DNA of 64,000 nucleotides. It comes from Microcystaceae cyanobacterium. Its GTDB lineage: Bacteria; Cyanobacteriota; Cyanobacteriia; Cyanobacteriales; Microcystaceae. Position 1 is the stretch's first letter. Every line of letters begins with the position of its first letter. The position numbers and the translations under genes are program-made. The notes below the pieces were generated by a model. It had not been told where the DNA came from. It made no database searches and saw nothing but the letters and a program-made list of their open reading frames with translations. Shown here one piece after another: positions 18,742 through 30,273 of the stretch. Where the stretch lies: NCBI GenBank assembly GCA_041746575.1, contig JBGTGT010000012.1, forward strand, positions 1-64,000, given 5' to 3'.

Positions 18742-20823
18742 CTAATCAATCGGTTCGTAATCACTGGAAATTGTCGCCCCCGGATCATAATCCGTCGCTT
18801 CATCGGGGGTTTCATCGTTTGGAGTAGTTAAATTGAGGGTTTCTTTCGCATCAAAATCTAAGTTTAAGGTATCTGTACTGTTAAAGGTTGTTTGGGTGGG
18901 TTGATCATTGGTATCAGCGACGGGATGTTTTAAGCCAGTCACCATCGATTCAAGGGGTTCATAGGACTTAGACTTAGTATAAGAGGAATGGCTTTGAGTT
19001 TGAGCATTCGGAGACGCACCTTGGTAAATACGACTGCCAATTTCCAGAATAATCGAGCGGAAGTCTTCTAGAATTGTTCTGAGTTGTTCTAGGCTAATAG
19101 TAGGATTTTGTAGAGATTCTTTAAGTTTGTCTCGTTTTTTATCGCTAGCGATCTTGAGGTCTTCGGGAATTAAATCCGCATTTTGTTTCAGCGTATCTTC
19201 ATAAGTGTAAAAGAGACTATCGGCTTGATTGCGTAGTTCAACAATTTGCATCCGACGACGATCTTGATCGGCGTAACGTTCGGCATCCTTCCGCATTCGC
19301 TCAATATCACCCCCGCTCAATCCGCCCGTATTACTAATTAAAATTCCCTGTTCTTTATTCGTTCCTTGATCTAAGGCACCCACTTTCAAAATACCATTAA
19401 CATCAATTTCAAAAGAGACCTCAATCTGGGGTACACCCCTAGGGGCAGGGGGAATGCCCGTCAGCAGAAACTTGCCTAAGCTTTTATTATCTTTGGCCAT
19501 CGCCCGTTCTCCCTGTAATATATGAATTTCTACAGAGGTTTGACCATCGGCCGCTGTAGAGAAGACTTCTGAGCGACTGGTAGGAATCGTGGTATTACGT
19601 TCGATAATTTTTGTAAAGACTTCCCCCAAGGTTTCAATGCCTAAAGATAAGGGAGTGACATCGAGTAGTAACACATCTTCAACATCGCCGCCTAACACGC
19701 CACCTTGAATCGCGGCCCCTAAAGCCACCGCCTCGTCTGGATTAATCGAGCGATCCATCTGACTGCTGGCAAAACGATCTTTAATCAATTGCTGCACGGC
19801 AGGAATGCGAGTTGATCCCCCAACGAAAATCACCCGTTGGATTTGACTTGGCTGTAATTCAGCGTCTTTTAAGGCTTGATTAACGGGATTAAGGGTTGCT
19901 TGGACAAGATCCTTGCTGAGTTCTTCAAATTTGGAGCGAGTGAGTTCAATTTCGAGGTGTTTAGGTCCATTTTCGTCTGCTGTAATAAAGGGCAAATTAA
20001 TACTGGTGGTGACCATACTCGACAGTTCAATTTTGGCTTTTTCTGCCGCTTCCCGCAGACGTTGCAGAGCCATCTTATCCGCTTTGAGATCAATAGCCTC
20101 TTGGGCTTGAAAATTCTCCAAAAGCCACTCAACGATCACATTATCAAAATCATCGCCGCCTAAGTGGTTATTGCCCGATGTGCCTTTAACTTCAAAAATG
20201 CCTTTGCCCAACTGAAGCACAGAAACATCAAACGTTCCTCCGCCTAAATCAAATACTAAAATATATTGATCAATATTTTGTTTATCTAAGCCATAGGCTA
20301 ACGCCGCCGCCGTCGGTTCATTAATAATCCGCAACACGGTTAAACCCGCGATCGTTCCAGCATCCTTGGTGGCTTGACGTTGGGCATCGGTAAAATAAGC
20401 GGGAACCGTAATCACCGCCTCCGCTACAGGTTCATTGAGGTAATCTTCAGCATCGGCCTTCAATTTTTGCAGAATCATAGCGGAAATTTCTTGGGATGTA
20501 AATTGTCGACCCCGAATATCCACATTTACCGTGTTATCTTGCCCCTTAACCGTCGTATAGGTTACCCGCGACCGTTCGATCTCCGTTTCATCCCAGCGAC
20601 GGCCAATAAACCGCTTAATGCTATAGACGGTATTTTCCGCATTGGTTACCGCTTGCCGTTTAGCCAATTGACCGACTAAACGCTGGTTCGATTTACCAAA
20701 ACCGACGATACTGGGGGTGGTTCTGCCCCCTTCCGAGCTTTGCATAACAACGGGCTGTCCCCCTTCAAGCACGGAGACACAACTGTTCGTGGTTCCGAGA
20801 TCAATACCGATTACTTTACCCAT
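18742..20823 (-). CDS. dnaK: Hsp70 chaperone DnaK (grpE-linked DnaK1-type paralogue)
   Basis: [23 protein letters not shown]; acidic C-terminal extension. Confidence 0.96.
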   Translation of the reverse strand: MGKVIGIDLGTTNSCVSVLEGGQPVVMQSSEGGRTTPSIVGFGKSNQRLVGQLAKRQAVTNAENTVYSIKRFIGRRWDETEIERSRVTYTTVKGQDNTVNVDIRGRQFTSQEISAMILQKLKADAEDYLNEPVAEAVITVPAYFTDAQRQATKDAGTIAGLTVLRIINEPTAAALAYGLDKQNIDQYILVFDLGGGTFDVSVLQLGKGIFEVKGTSGNNHLGGDDFDNVIVEWLLENFQAQEAIDLKADKMALQRLREAAEKAKIELSSMVTTSINLPFITADENGPKHLEIELTRSKFEELSKDLVQATLNPVNQALKDAELQPSQIQRVIFVGGSTRIPAVQQLIKDRFASSQMDRSINPDEAVALGAAIQGGVLGGDVEDVLLLDVTPLSLGIETLGEVFTKIIERNTTIPTSRSEVFSTAADGQTSVEIHILQGERAMAKDNKSLGKFLLTGIPPAPRGVPQIEVSFEIDVNGILKVGALDQGTNKEQGILISNTGGLSGGDIERMRKDAERYADQDRRRMQIVELRNQADSLFYTYEDTLKQNADLIPEDLKIASDKKRDKLKESLQNPTISLEQLRTILEDFRSIILEIGSRIYQGASPNAQTQSHSSYTKSKSYEPLESMVTGLKHPVADTNDQPTQTTFNSTDTLNLDFDAKETLNLTTPNDETPDEATDYDPGATISSDYEPID

Positions 20824-20910
20824 AATTCATCCATCTCATTAATCATAAATCGTGAGATTTGGAAGGGAGGGCATTACAACATTACACCCTTTTGCCCTAT
20901 CCCTGAACGG

Positions 20911-21657
20911 TTACGCCGATGATTCTTCTGTTGTCTCTTGAGCAGGGACTTCGGTTTCCACCCCACTATCGGATTCTGCGGTTGTTGCTACCTTAACTAG
21001 CGCATGGCGTAGGACTTGATCGCCCAATAAGTAGCCTCTGACTAGTTGGTCGAGGACAGTCCCTTCGGGGTATTCTGAGGAGGGTTCTTGTAACATCGCT
21101 TCATGATAAACGGGATCAAACGGTTCGCCTTTAGGATTCATCGCCGACACCCCCAAGCGTTTCAGACTATCTACTAGATTTTTGTAAACGCTTTGGTAAC
21201 TATTATGGATCGCCGCCTCTCCCTCATCATCGGGCTTAATTTGGGTTCTGGCTCGTTCAAAATTGTCGACTACCCCTAATAATTCCCGCAAGGTTTGACA
21301 TTTAACTTGGATTTCCAAGTCTTGTTTTTCTTTTTGAGTCCGTTTACGAAAATTGTCAAACTCCGCAGCAAGGGAAATATAACGCGTTTTGAGGGCATCC
21401 CCCTGTTGCCGTTGTTCTGCCAATTCTTGCTGAAGATTGGTGATTTCTTGGGATAAGACCATCATAATTTCGTCAGGAGTCCTTTGAGCAGCTGCCTCAG
21501 TCGATTCAGCCACGGAAGCATCCGTTTCACTCATTTCAGACGGGGCGTTCGCCGTATCCGAAGGAGACTCTGAGGGAGAAACCGAGACGGGGAGGTGAGA
21601 CGCTTCTAATTGTTCCTCTTGTAAGGGTTCTTCTATGCGGTTGGGCTGCTCAATCAT
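20911..21657 (-). CDS. grpE: Nucleotide exchange factor GrpE
   Basis: [33 protein letters not shown]. Confidence 0.95.
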   Translation of the reverse strand: MIEQPNRIEEPLQEEQLEASHLPVSVSPSESPSDTANAPSEMSETDASVAESTEAAAQRTPDEIMMVLSQEITNLQQELAEQRQQGDALKTRYISLAAEFDNFRKRTQKEKQDLEIQVKCQTLRELLGVVDNFERARTQIKPDDEGEAAIHNSYQSVYKNLVDSLKRLGVSAMNPKGEPFDPVYHEAMLQEPSSEYPEGTVLDQLVRGYLLGDQVLRHALVKVATTAESDSGVETEVPAQETTEESSA

Positions 21658-21890
21658 AATTAAAGTCTAGATGATGCTTTCAAGTCCAATAATCGGAGGG
21701 GGTAAACCATTGATTAAAATGGCCTCCCTTACCAGTATAAGAGACGAATCTGCCGATTTTAGTGGGCGGTTTAAGATCTGTTAGATTGTGGTATTTTTCA
21801 AGCCCTTTATAGATTTTTACAAACCCTATTAATTTTTCGAGCGATTGTGGGAACACTGGGGGAAGTAAGGATGATTCTCTTGATGCTGCT

Positions 21891-23915
21891 ATGACTTCTA
21901 GCCCTTCCCAAGCGCGAGCAACCAAGGCACTTGCCCGCCTTAATTATTTCTCCCCCTTTGGCAACAAACTGATCAAATCGGGTTATGCCGACCAAGATCA
22001 GGTGAAAAAAGCCTTGATGGAAACCCGTAAATCCGGCCGTCCTTTCGTGGATTTGTTGCAACAAATTACTGGGAGACAACTTCCCCCAGAACTGGTGCGA
22101 GAACATAAGAAAAATCATTTATTTGAACTAAAAATCCTCTATGGAGTGGATTTTCTCGATCCAGAAGTTCGTCCCGTTGGCAGTCGGGAAATGGCCGACT
22201 TGATCAATTCTCTTATTGCCTTGGATCTCTGCCGTCGCTATAAAGTCATTCCCCTCATCAAACAAGATAGCATCCCCCCTACCCTTTTGGTGGCGATGGT
22301 TAATCCCGATGATTTAGATGCGCAAGATGATCTAAATCGGATTTTACGGGCCAGAGGATACGAATTGAGGCGAATGGTCATTACAATGGAAGACTATAAT
22401 AGTCTTTTGGAAAAATATGACGAAATTCAATCAGAAATAAACCAAGAAAAAGAACGGCTGGATAAGGAAAAAGCCCTTCAGAAACTAGGAGATATTACCG
22501 ATATTCTCGGTACAATAGAAGACAATTCCCTACAGTCGGTCGGTGATGAAAATGCCGATGACCTAGATAGTGGTGATTCCACCAAAGGCCCTGTTATCAA
22601 ATTAGTCGATAAAATCCTCGCCAAAGCCCTACAGGAACAAGCCTCAGATATTCACGTTGAACCTCAAGAAGAATCTTTAAGAGTGCGTTTTCGTCGAGAT
22701 GGAGTACTGCACCCAGCTTTTGATCCTCTTCCCCGACAAGTGACCCCTGCAGTGGTCGCTCGCTTTAAAATTATGGCAGATTTAGATATTGCTGAACGAA
22801 GATTGCCCCAAGATGGTAAAATTCGCCGTATTTACGAAGGTAGAAAGGTGGATTTTCGGGTTAATACCCTGCCCAGTCGTTACGGAGAAAAAGTCTGTTT
22901 ACGGATTTTAGATAACTCTGCGACCCAATTAGGACTGGATTTTCTGATTACCAATCAAGAAACCCTGCAAATTGTCCGAGACTTAGCCAGTCGTCCCTTT
23001 GGTTTGCTTTTGGTGACAGGACCTACGGGATCGGGGAAATCCACCAGTCTCTATTCTGTCTTAGCGGAACGAAACCATCCTGGAGTCAATATTAGTACCG
23101 CCGAAGATCCTATTGAATATTCTTTGCCCGGTATTACTCAAGTCCAAGTGATTCGGGAAAAAGGAATGGATTTTGCTTCCATTCTACGGGCATTTATGCG
23201 ACAAGATCCCGATGTCATTCTAGTAGGAGAAACGCGAGACAAAGAAACTGCCAAAACCGCTATTGAAGCCGCTTTAACGGGTCACTTGGTCTTAACAACC
23301 CTTCATACCAACGATGCGGCAGGCGCGATCGCCCGTCTCGATGAAATGGGTGTTGAACCTTTTATGGTATCGGGCTCATTACTCGGTGTCCTTGCCCAAC
23401 GGCTGATGCGGAAAGTCTGTAGTGAGTGTCGTCAAGCTTACCAGCCCAGTAAAGAAGAATTAGCCCGTTTTGGACTTTCTGCTTCGGGAGATGAACCGAT
23501 TACGATTTATCAAGCTAACTCCCTCAATCCCGAACAAATTGCCGAAGCCAGCCAAAAAGGAACACTTTGTCCAAAATGTAACGGCAGTGGCTACAAAGGT
23601 CGGGTCGGGGTTTATGAAGTAATGCGTAATACTGAACGAGTTCAAAAATTGATCAATGAGGGAGCCACGACGGACTTAATTAAGGATGCGGCTGTTGAAG
23701 AAGGCATGGTTACGCTTCTCGCCTACAGCCTCAATCTGGTGCAGGAAGGTCATACCACCCTCGAAGAAGTAGAACGGGTGACCTTTACCGATACCGGACT
23801 AGAAGCCGAGCTTAAAGCAAAACGTAAGACTTCTCTAACCTGTCGTATCTGTCACGCTGAATTACAACAAGATTGGGTCGATTGTCCTTTCTGTATGACG
23901 CCGCGCTTTCAGTAA
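21891..23915 (+). CDS. pilB: Type IV pilus assembly ATPase PilB (PilB1-type, C-terminal Cys4 domain)
   Basis: GPTGSGKS, EDPIE, MRQDPDVILVGE, LTTLHTN; C-terminal CxxC...CPFC. Confidence 0.95.
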   Translation: MTSSPSQARATKALARLNYFSPFGNKLIKSGYADQDQVKKALMETRKSGRPFVDLLQQITGRQLPPELVREHKKNHLFELKILYGVDFLDPEVRPVGSREMADLINSLIALDLCRRYKVIPLIKQDSIPPTLLVAMVNPDDLDAQDDLNRILRARGYELRRMVITMEDYNSLLEKYDEIQSEINQEKERLDKEKALQKLGDITDILGTIEDNSLQSVGDENADDLDSGDSTKGPVIKLVDKILAKALQEQASDIHVEPQEESLRVRFRRDGVLHPAFDPLPRQVTPAVVARFKIMADLDIAERRLPQDGKIRRIYEGRKVDFRVNTLPSRYGEKVCLRILDNSATQLGLDFLITNQETLQIVRDLASRPFGLLLVTGPTGSGKSTSLYSVLAERNHPGVNISTAEDPIEYSLPGITQVQVIREKGMDFASILRAFMRQDPDVILVGETRDKETAKTAIEAALTGHLVLTTLHTNDAAGAIARLDEMGVEPFMVSGSLLGVLAQRLMRKVCSECRQAYQPSKEELARFGLSASGDEPITIYQANSLNPEQIAEASQKGTLCPKCNGSGYKGRVGVYEVMRNTERVQKLINEGATTDLIKDAAVEEGMVTLLAYSLNLVQEGHTTLEEVERVTFTDTGLEAELKAKRKTSLTCRICHAELQQDWVDCPFCMTPRFQ

Positions 23916-23987
23916 ACCGTGTTTTTCGTGATCAGTCCTTAAAAACCTAACCCTACTAAATATCCCAAAAAGGAGCGAAACCTCATA

Positions 23988-25109
23988 ATGCCAATGGAAT
24001 TAATGATCGAAGACCTTATGGAGCAACTCGTAGAAATGGGCGGCTCAGATCTGCACATTCAAGCGGGTGCGCCGATTTATTTCCGAATTAGCGGAAAATT
24101 AACCCCCATTGATGACGAAGCCCTCGCTCCTCAAGAATGTCAAAAGCTAATTTTCAGTATGCTCAATAATACCCAACGCAAAGAATTGGAGCAAAACTGG
24201 GAGTTAGACTGTTCCTACGGTGTCAAAGGGTTAGCGCGCTTTCGGGTGAATGTTTATAAAGAAAGAGGATGTTATGCCGCTTGTTTAAGGGCATTATCCT
24301 CTAAAATTCCGAATTTTGAACAATTAGGATTACCCCATGTCATTCGGGAAATTGCAGAACGCCCCAGAGGCATGATTCTAGTCACAGGGCAAACGGGATC
24401 GGGTAAAACCACCACCTTAGCGGCGATTTTAGACTTAATTAACCGTACTCGCGCTGAACACATCTTAACCGTCGAAGATCCGATCGAATACGTGTTTCCT
24501 AATGTGAAAAGCCTCTTCCACCAACGGCAAAAAGGAGAAGATACCAAGAGTTTTGCCAATGCTCTCAGAGCCGCCTTACGGGAAGACCCCGATATTATTC
24601 TAGTCGGTGAAATGCGGGACTTAGAAACGATTTCTTTGGCGATTTCGGCGGCAGAAACGGGTCACCTTGTCTTAGGGACGTTACACACCAGTTCGGCGGC
24701 AGGAACAGTAGATCGGATGATTGATGTTTTTCCGGCTAATCAGCAAGCACAAATTCGTACCATGATTTCTAACTCCCTCCTAGCGGTGTTTGCTCAAGTT
24801 TTAGTTAAGAAGAAAAACCCTAAACCCGGTGAGTTTGGCCGTTGTATGGCCCAAGAAATGATGGTTATTACCCCTGCGATCGCCAACTTAATTCGAGAAG
24901 GAAAAGCCCCACAAATCTATTCAGCGATTCAAACGGGATCGAAATTGGGAATGCAAACCATGGAACAAGCCCTAGCCAATTTAGTGGTATCGGGTTCGGT
25001 TGCCTTTGAAGAAGCGATCGCTAAAAGTAGTAAACCTGATGAATTACAGCGTCTTGTTGCGGGTGCATCGGGAATAGCAACAAATTCTCGGATGAAAGCC
25101 AAAGTTTAA
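23988..25109 (+). CDS. pilT: Type IV pilus retraction ATPase PilT
   Basis: GQTGSGKTT, LREDPDIILVGEMRD, AIANLIRE. Confidence 0.96.
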   Translation: MPMELMIEDLMEQLVEMGGSDLHIQAGAPIYFRISGKLTPIDDEALAPQECQKLIFSMLNNTQRKELEQNWELDCSYGVKGLARFRVNVYKERGCYAACLRALSSKIPNFEQLGLPHVIREIAERPRGMILVTGQTGSGKTTTLAAILDLINRTRAEHILTVEDPIEYVFPNVKSLFHQRQKGEDTKSFANALRAALREDPDIILVGEMRDLETISLAISAAETGHLVLGTLHTSSAAGTVDRMIDVFPANQQAQIRTMISNSLLAVFAQVLVKKKNPKPGEFGRCMAQEMMVITPAIANLIREGKAPQIYSAIQTGSKLGMQTMEQALANLVVSGSVAFEEAIAKSSKPDELQRLVAGASGIATNSRMKAKV

Positions 25110-25177
25110 TCAGAATTTGCTGAATTCGAAAATACTATCTGATGTCCCCATCTAAAATCTAAAATCAAGTTACTGCT

Positions 25178-26392
25178 ATGCCTACATTTATTGCTCAAGT
25201 TAAAGATAGTTCGGGAAAAATCTCCAAGACCAAAGTGGAGGCTACTTCCACCGAACAAGCCCGCGCCATGCTCAAAGCTCAGTATGTCGCTATTGGTAAA
25301 ATCCAAAAGTCAGGGATGAATATTGACCTCTCTGGCTTAGAATCCCTACTCAGTAAAGTATCCGTTAAAGATAAAGCGATTTTTTCGCGACAATTTTCCG
25401 TTATGATTAATGCGGGAGTCGCTATTGTTCGTTGTTTAGGGGTTTTAGCAGATCAGGCGGCTAAACCAAAAATGAAAAAAGCCCTGCTAGCCATTAGTGC
25501 AGAAGTGCAACAAGGGATTACCTTGTCAGAGGCGATGGGAAAACACCCTGAGTGTTTTGATGATCTCTATGTCAGTATGGTGGAGGCAGGCGAAACGGGA
25601 GGAGTTCTCGATGAAGTTCTCAACCGTTTATCTAAGTTATTAGAAGATATGGCACGACTGCAAAACCAAATTAAGTCGGCCATGGCTTATCCGGTCACTG
25701 TTGGTATTTTAGCGGTACTGGTCTTCTTCGGCATGACGATTTTCTTGATTCCCATTTTTGGCAAAATTTTTGAGGATCTAGGGGCGCAATTACCTGCTTT
25801 AACCCGATTTATGTTATTTCTTAGCGGTGTGATGCGGAGTCCGATGATTTTAGTGCCGATTGGGGTTTCAATGGGGACGGTTTTTGCCATTAAGCAATAT
25901 TATAAAACTGAAGCAGGTAGATTACAAATTGACGCGTTGATGTTGAAACTCCCTTTATTTGGCGATTTAAACGAAAAATCAGCAGTTGCTCGCTTCTGTC
26001 GGGTTTTCGGGACGCTTACCCGTTCTGGGGTTTCGATTATGCAAGCCTTGGATATTGTTTGTAATACGGTTGGTAATAAAGTAATTGCTAATGCGATCGC
26101 TGGGGCAAAAGAAGAAATTCAACAGGGGGGGATGATGAGTTTGGCGTTACAAAAAGCGAATGTCTTTCCGGCTTTAGCAATTCAAATGATGAGTATTGGT
26201 GAAGAAACGGGAGAATTAGACGCCATGATGATGAAAGTAGCGGATTTTTATGAAGATGAAGTGGAACAAGCGGTCAAAGCACTCACCAGTATCATTGAAC
26301 CCTTAATGATGGTGGGAATTGCCGTCATGGTTGCGGTCATTTTGTTGTCTATGTATTTACCGATGTTCTCGATCTTCGATCAACTGGCTTAA
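25178..26392 (+). CDS. pilC: Type IV pilus platform protein PilC
   Basis: GETGGVLD, AMAYP, GEETGELD, IEP motifs; follows pilB-pilT. Confidence 0.95.
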   Translation: MPTFIAQVKDSSGKISKTKVEATSTEQARAMLKAQYVAIGKIQKSGMNIDLSGLESLLSKVSVKDKAIFSRQFSVMINAGVAIVRCLGVLADQAAKPKMKKALLAISAEVQQGITLSEAMGKHPECFDDLYVSMVEAGETGGVLDEVLNRLSKLLEDMARLQNQIKSAMAYPVTVGILAVLVFFGMTIFLIPIFGKIFEDLGAQLPALTRFMLFLSGVMRSPMILVPIGVSMGTVFAIKQYYKTEAGRLQIDALMLKLPLFGDLNEKSAVARFCRVFGTLTRSGVSIMQALDIVCNTVGNKVIANAIAGAKEEIQQGGMMSLALQKANVFPALAIQMMSIGEETGELDAMMMKVADFYEDEVEQAVKALTSIIEPLMMVGIAVMVAVILLSMYLPMFSIFDQLA

Positions 26393-26428
26393 AAGTTACA
26401 AGATTTCAGCATTTTACTCTTGAAGATC

Positions 26429-27007
26429 ATGACCTTTCATTCCTCAGATTACGAAAATTTTTTAGCGCAGTATAGCAGTCGAACAGAAGCGATCTCACTT
26501 TTACGGCAACATCGCCCCTATTTTGAATTAATTCCTAGTTTGCGTCGTCCTGAAGATAGTCTAATCACAATTCCGCTTCCGATTGTTCGTTTACGTCATA
26601 GTCATCCCTCTGTCAGTGATGCTTTTAAAACGATTTCTACAAGAGAAACGTTGGCTTTGCCCAGTGATTTAGCGATCATTATGTGTGATCCGGAGTGGAA
26701 AATTAGGCTAGGGGCGGAGATTTTTTTGTTTATTCAGCGTCTGGATGAGGATTTCTCCCACTTACTCAGTCGCTGGCGACGGGTGCAGGTATTGCTCGAT
26801 CAAGAATATGAATGGGTGATGCCGTTAAAGGAATCCTATATGTTTAGTGAAGGAGCAGACAAAATTTACCCTTTATTTATCATTTTTGAGGAAAAGCCTT
26901 TAAGAATTCGTAAAGGACTATCAGGGGCTTGTCTTCCTTTTATTATCCATTCATTTCAAACTTCATCTGTATTAGAGAATCCAGAGGTTACCCTTAATGA
27001 GTTTTAA
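26429..27007 (+). CDS. Conserved cyanobacterial hypothetical protein
   Basis: Intact ORF with HRPYFELIPSLRR and MCDPEWK; function unknown. Confidence 0.65.
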   Translation: MTFHSSDYENFLAQYSSRTEAISLLRQHRPYFELIPSLRRPEDSLITIPLPIVRLRHSHPSVSDAFKTISTRETLALPSDLAIIMCDPEWKIRLGAEIFLFIQRLDEDFSHLLSRWRRVQVLLDQEYEWVMPLKESYMFSEGADKIYPLFIIFEEKPLRIRKGLSGACLPFIIHSFQTSSVLENPEVTLNEF

Positions 27008-27028
27008 AGATTGAGGACTCAAAAAGCG

Positions 27029-28483
27029 TTATTGACGATACCAAGTGGTGATTCCTCCCATCTGATCGATTAAGGTAATCCCTTGAGAGGCTAATTCATC
27101 GCGAATACGATCGCTTTCTGCATAATTCTTGGCTTCTCTGGCTTCTGTTCGTTGTTGAATCAATTTTTCAATGGCTTCTTCTTCAATTTGTCCTTTTTTT
27201 TCAATTTTTATCGGCTTGTCGAAATCAAGATTAAAGCCTAAAACGTCGGCAAGAATCCGTAAGGTTTGCCATTGTTCTTGCAATTGTGTAGCAGAAAGGT
27301 CTGTTTTACCTTGATGGGTTAATAAATTGCCTTCTTTGCGTAGTTCTTTGGCAATTTCAAATAAAATCGCTAACCCTCCGGCAAAGTTAAAGTCATCGTC
27401 GACGGACGATTGAAAGCGTTGGGTTAATGAATTGGGCTTCAAGGGCGGCAAATCGGCTAAATTCCAGCCTATTTTCTCACCATGCTCATAACCAAAGGTC
27501 AAGCCTTCTGCTAAGGTATGCCAGCCATTGGTTGCAGCCATTAAAGCTTCATCGGTGAAATCAACGGGTTTGCGGTAATGGGCTTGTAGAATAAATAATC
27601 GGACAGCCATTGGCTGAGCTTTTAGCAATAAATCACGAATTGTGGTAAAATTCCCTAAGGATTTTGACATTTTCTCACCGTCTACTTTAACCATGCCATT
27701 ATGTAGCCAATATTTAGCTAAAGCTTGTCCGTTTGCCCCTTCCGATTGAGCAATTTCATTTTCATGATGGGGGAAAATTAAGTCGCTCCCACCTACATGA
27801 AGGTCAATCGTCGTCCCTAAACAGTCTCTAACCATCGCTGAACATTCGATGTGCCATCCTGGGCGACCTTTTCCCCAAGGGGAATCCCAAGCGGGTTCAT
27901 CGGGTTTGGCCGCTTTCCAGAGGGCAAAATCAAAGGGATCTTGTTTTTTAAGTTCTTCTGGATTAGTTTCTACTCTACCGCTTGCACCTGCTTGTAAATC
28001 TTCCAATTTGCGACCTGAAAGTTTACCATATTCCGAAAAACGACGGACAGCATAGTAAACATCCCCTTGAGCGGCATAAGCGTATCCTTTTGCTTCCAGT
28101 TCGCTCACTAAGCGTTTAATTCCATCAAGAGTATGGGTGGCACGAGGATAACTATCGGCCGGCTGAATGGCTAAGCTTTCCATATCTTCGAAATAGGCTT
28201 TAATAAAGCGTTCAGATACAGATTCCATGGATGTGCTTTCTGCTTTTGCACGATTGAGGATTTTATCGTCAATATCAGTAAAATTCTGAATATAACTCAC
28301 GTCATAACCTCGCCATTGTAGGTAACGACGCACTCCATCCCAGACTAAACACGTCCGCGCATGACCTAAATGACAATAGTCGTAAACGGTAATCCCACAA
28401 CAATACATCTTGACTTTGTGCGATTCAAGGGGTTCAAAGGGTTCTTTGCGGCGGGTTAAAGTGTTATAGACAGTTAAGGTCAT
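27029..28483 (-). CDS. cysS: Cysteine--tRNA ligase
   Basis: [33 protein letters not shown]. Confidence 0.97.
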   Translation of the reverse strand: MTLTVYNTLTRRKEPFEPLESHKVKMYCCGITVYDYCHLGHARTCLVWDGVRRYLQWRGYDVSYIQNFTDIDDKILNRAKAESTSMESVSERFIKAYFEDMESLAIQPADSYPRATHTLDGIKRLVSELEAKGYAYAAQGDVYYAVRRFSEYGKLSGRKLEDLQAGASGRVETNPEELKKQDPFDFALWKAAKPDEPAWDSPWGKGRPGWHIECSAMVRDCLGTTIDLHVGGSDLIFPHHENEIAQSEGANGQALAKYWLHNGMVKVDGEKMSKSLGNFTTIRDLLLKAQPMAVRLFILQAHYRKPVDFTDEALMAATNGWHTLAEGLTFGYEHGEKIGWNLADLPPLKPNSLTQRFQSSVDDDFNFAGGLAILFEIAKELRKEGNLLTHQGKTDLSATQLQEQWQTLRILADVLGFNLDFDKPIKIEKKGQIEEEAIEKLIQQRTEAREAKNYAESDRIRDELASQGITLIDQMGGITTWYRQ

Positions 28484-28526
28484 CTTCGACTAGGGAGTTA
28501 TCGGCTTAGTTTCATGGCTTAATTAT

Positions 28527-28572
28527 ATCGGAATAGGCTGATGCTATTAATCGGAATAGGCTGATGCTATTA
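28527..28572. repeat. Exact 23-bp tandem duplication upstream of cysS
   Basis: ATCGGAATAGGCTGATGCTATTA x2. Confidence 0.9.
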
Positions 28573-28772
28573 AAAAGTAACGGTTTTCTGGCAATGATCA
28601 GGTTATTTTTCTATCAAATTCCAAAGATCAAATGATCGCTTTGCCAAAAATAGGGAGAACATTGCTCATTTTTCTCCCTCAAAACTTTAAAAATAAGATA
28701 TGTCACGATGCTTAGTGAGCGATCGCAGAAACGTTCATTCTTCGCTCGGCATCTAGGTTGAACGATTTACAG

Positions 28773-30212
28773 TTATGTGTCATCTAAGTTAGTTTGATGA
28801 TGATCTTTCGGCAATAACCAGTTAAGCAGAATGGCGGCTAATCCTCCGGTAGAAATTCCTGAAGAAAATAAGCTTTTAATAATCATCGGTTTATCATTAA
28901 AGATTTCAGGCACAAAGGTGACGCCTAAGCCTAATGCTAATGCCACTGAAACAATTATTAAAGAGCGACGACCGACTTCTTCAGAAGACGCAATGATGTT
29001 GATACCTGCCACTGCAATTGAGCCAAAAATTACGATGGTTGCCCCTCCCAAAACGGGTTGCGGTAATCCTTGAAAGAAGCCACCAATAATCGGAATTAAC
29101 CCTAAAAAAGCCAAGATGCCAGCAATATAAAACCCAACATAACGACTACCCACTCCTGTCATTTGAATTACGCCATTATTTTGACTAAAAGTAGTATTGG
29201 GAAAGGTATTAAAACACGCGGCGATAAGAGAATTAAAGCCATCGCCTAACACGCCTCCTTTAATGCGACGGATGTAGATACTGCCTTCAATCGGTTCTTT
29301 AGAAACGGCGGAGGTTGCTGTTAAGTCGCCAATAGTTTCAATGGTAGTAATAATATACAGAAGAATGAAAGGAAGAAAAGCAGACCATTCAAAACTCATG
29401 CCAAAGCGAAAGGGAACAGGTAAAGAAAATAGGGGCAAATTAGCGATACTATTAAAATTTACCATTCCTAAGGCCATTGAAATGAGATAACCAACTATTA
29501 ACCCGATGAAAATTGCCCCCATTCTTAGATACTTATTTTTATTCAAATTCAGCACAATAATAATCAACATGACCAGTCCTCCTAACGCTAAATTCATCGG
29601 ACTGCCAAATGTTCCATTTTTCTGGGCAATTACCCCCCCTGCTAAACTGGTCATTCCCACTTTAATTAAAGTTAAGCCAATAATGGTAATGACTGTTCCT
29701 GTGACTAGGGGGGTGATAATTTTCTTGGTTAAATGTAAAAAACGACTTAAGAAAATTTCGACAAATGATCCCAAAAAGCAACAACCAAAAATTAAGGCTA
29801 GGGCTTGTTGCGGGGTTCTTCCTGCTTCAAGATTTGCCGCACCAATAGCCAGAATTGGACCTAAAAAGGTAAAACTTGTGCCTTGTAAACTGAGTAATCC
29901 AGAACCAATCGGCCCAATTCTTTTAGACTGAATAAACGTCGCAATCCCCGAAATAAACAGGGACATACTAATAATAAAACTGGTGTCGGCAGCCTCTAAA
30001 CCAAGGGCGTTACAAATGATCAACGGTGGGGTGATAATACCGACAAAAGAAGCCATCACGTGCTGAAAAGCAACTAATAACGCTTCAGGAGGATGGGGTC
30101 TATCATTAAGTCCATAAACTAAATCCGCATACACTTTTGGAACGGATGGTACGGGAGATTTTGGAGTTACTTCAGGGGTTTCTAAAATTAAATCAGAATT
30201 GGTTTGTTCCAT
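28773..30212 (-). CDS. NCS2/NAT family xanthine/urate permease
   Basis: QH in TM1; NAT signature QNNGVIQMTG; ETIGD. Confidence 0.92.
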   Translation of the reverse strand: MEQTNSDLILETPEVTPKSPVPSVPKVYADLVYGLNDRPHPPEALLVAFQHVMASFVGIITPPLIICNALGLEAADTSFIISMSLFISGIATFIQSKRIGPIGSGLLSLQGTSFTFLGPILAIGAANLEAGRTPQQALALIFGCCFLGSFVEIFLSRFLHLTKKIITPLVTGTVITIIGLTLIKVGMTSLAGGVIAQKNGTFGSPMNLALGGLVMLIIIVLNLNKNKYLRMGAIFIGLIVGYLISMALGMVNFNSIANLPLFSLPVPFRFGMSFEWSAFLPFILLYIITTIETIGDLTATSAVSKEPIEGSIYIRRIKGGVLGDGFNSLIAACFNTFPNTTFSQNNGVIQMTGVGSRYVGFYIAGILAFLGLIPIIGGFFQGLPQPVLGGATIVIFGSIAVAGINIIASSEEVGRRSLIIVSVALALGLGVTFVPEIFNDKPMIIKSLFSSGISTGGLAAILLNWLLPKDHHQTNLDDT

Positions 30213-30273
30213 GTTTTTAGGTCAATGAAAATGACAATAATTAAGAATTAATTAACAGTCGAATCGCAAATAT

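Noticed and set aside
23830..23915. C-terminal Cys4 domain on PilB
   Set aside because: Known feature of cyanobacterial PilB1, not novel
28527..28572. Possible CRISPR repeat
   Set aside because: Two abutting copies, no spacer, no cas genes; no CRISPR array seen anywhere in the window
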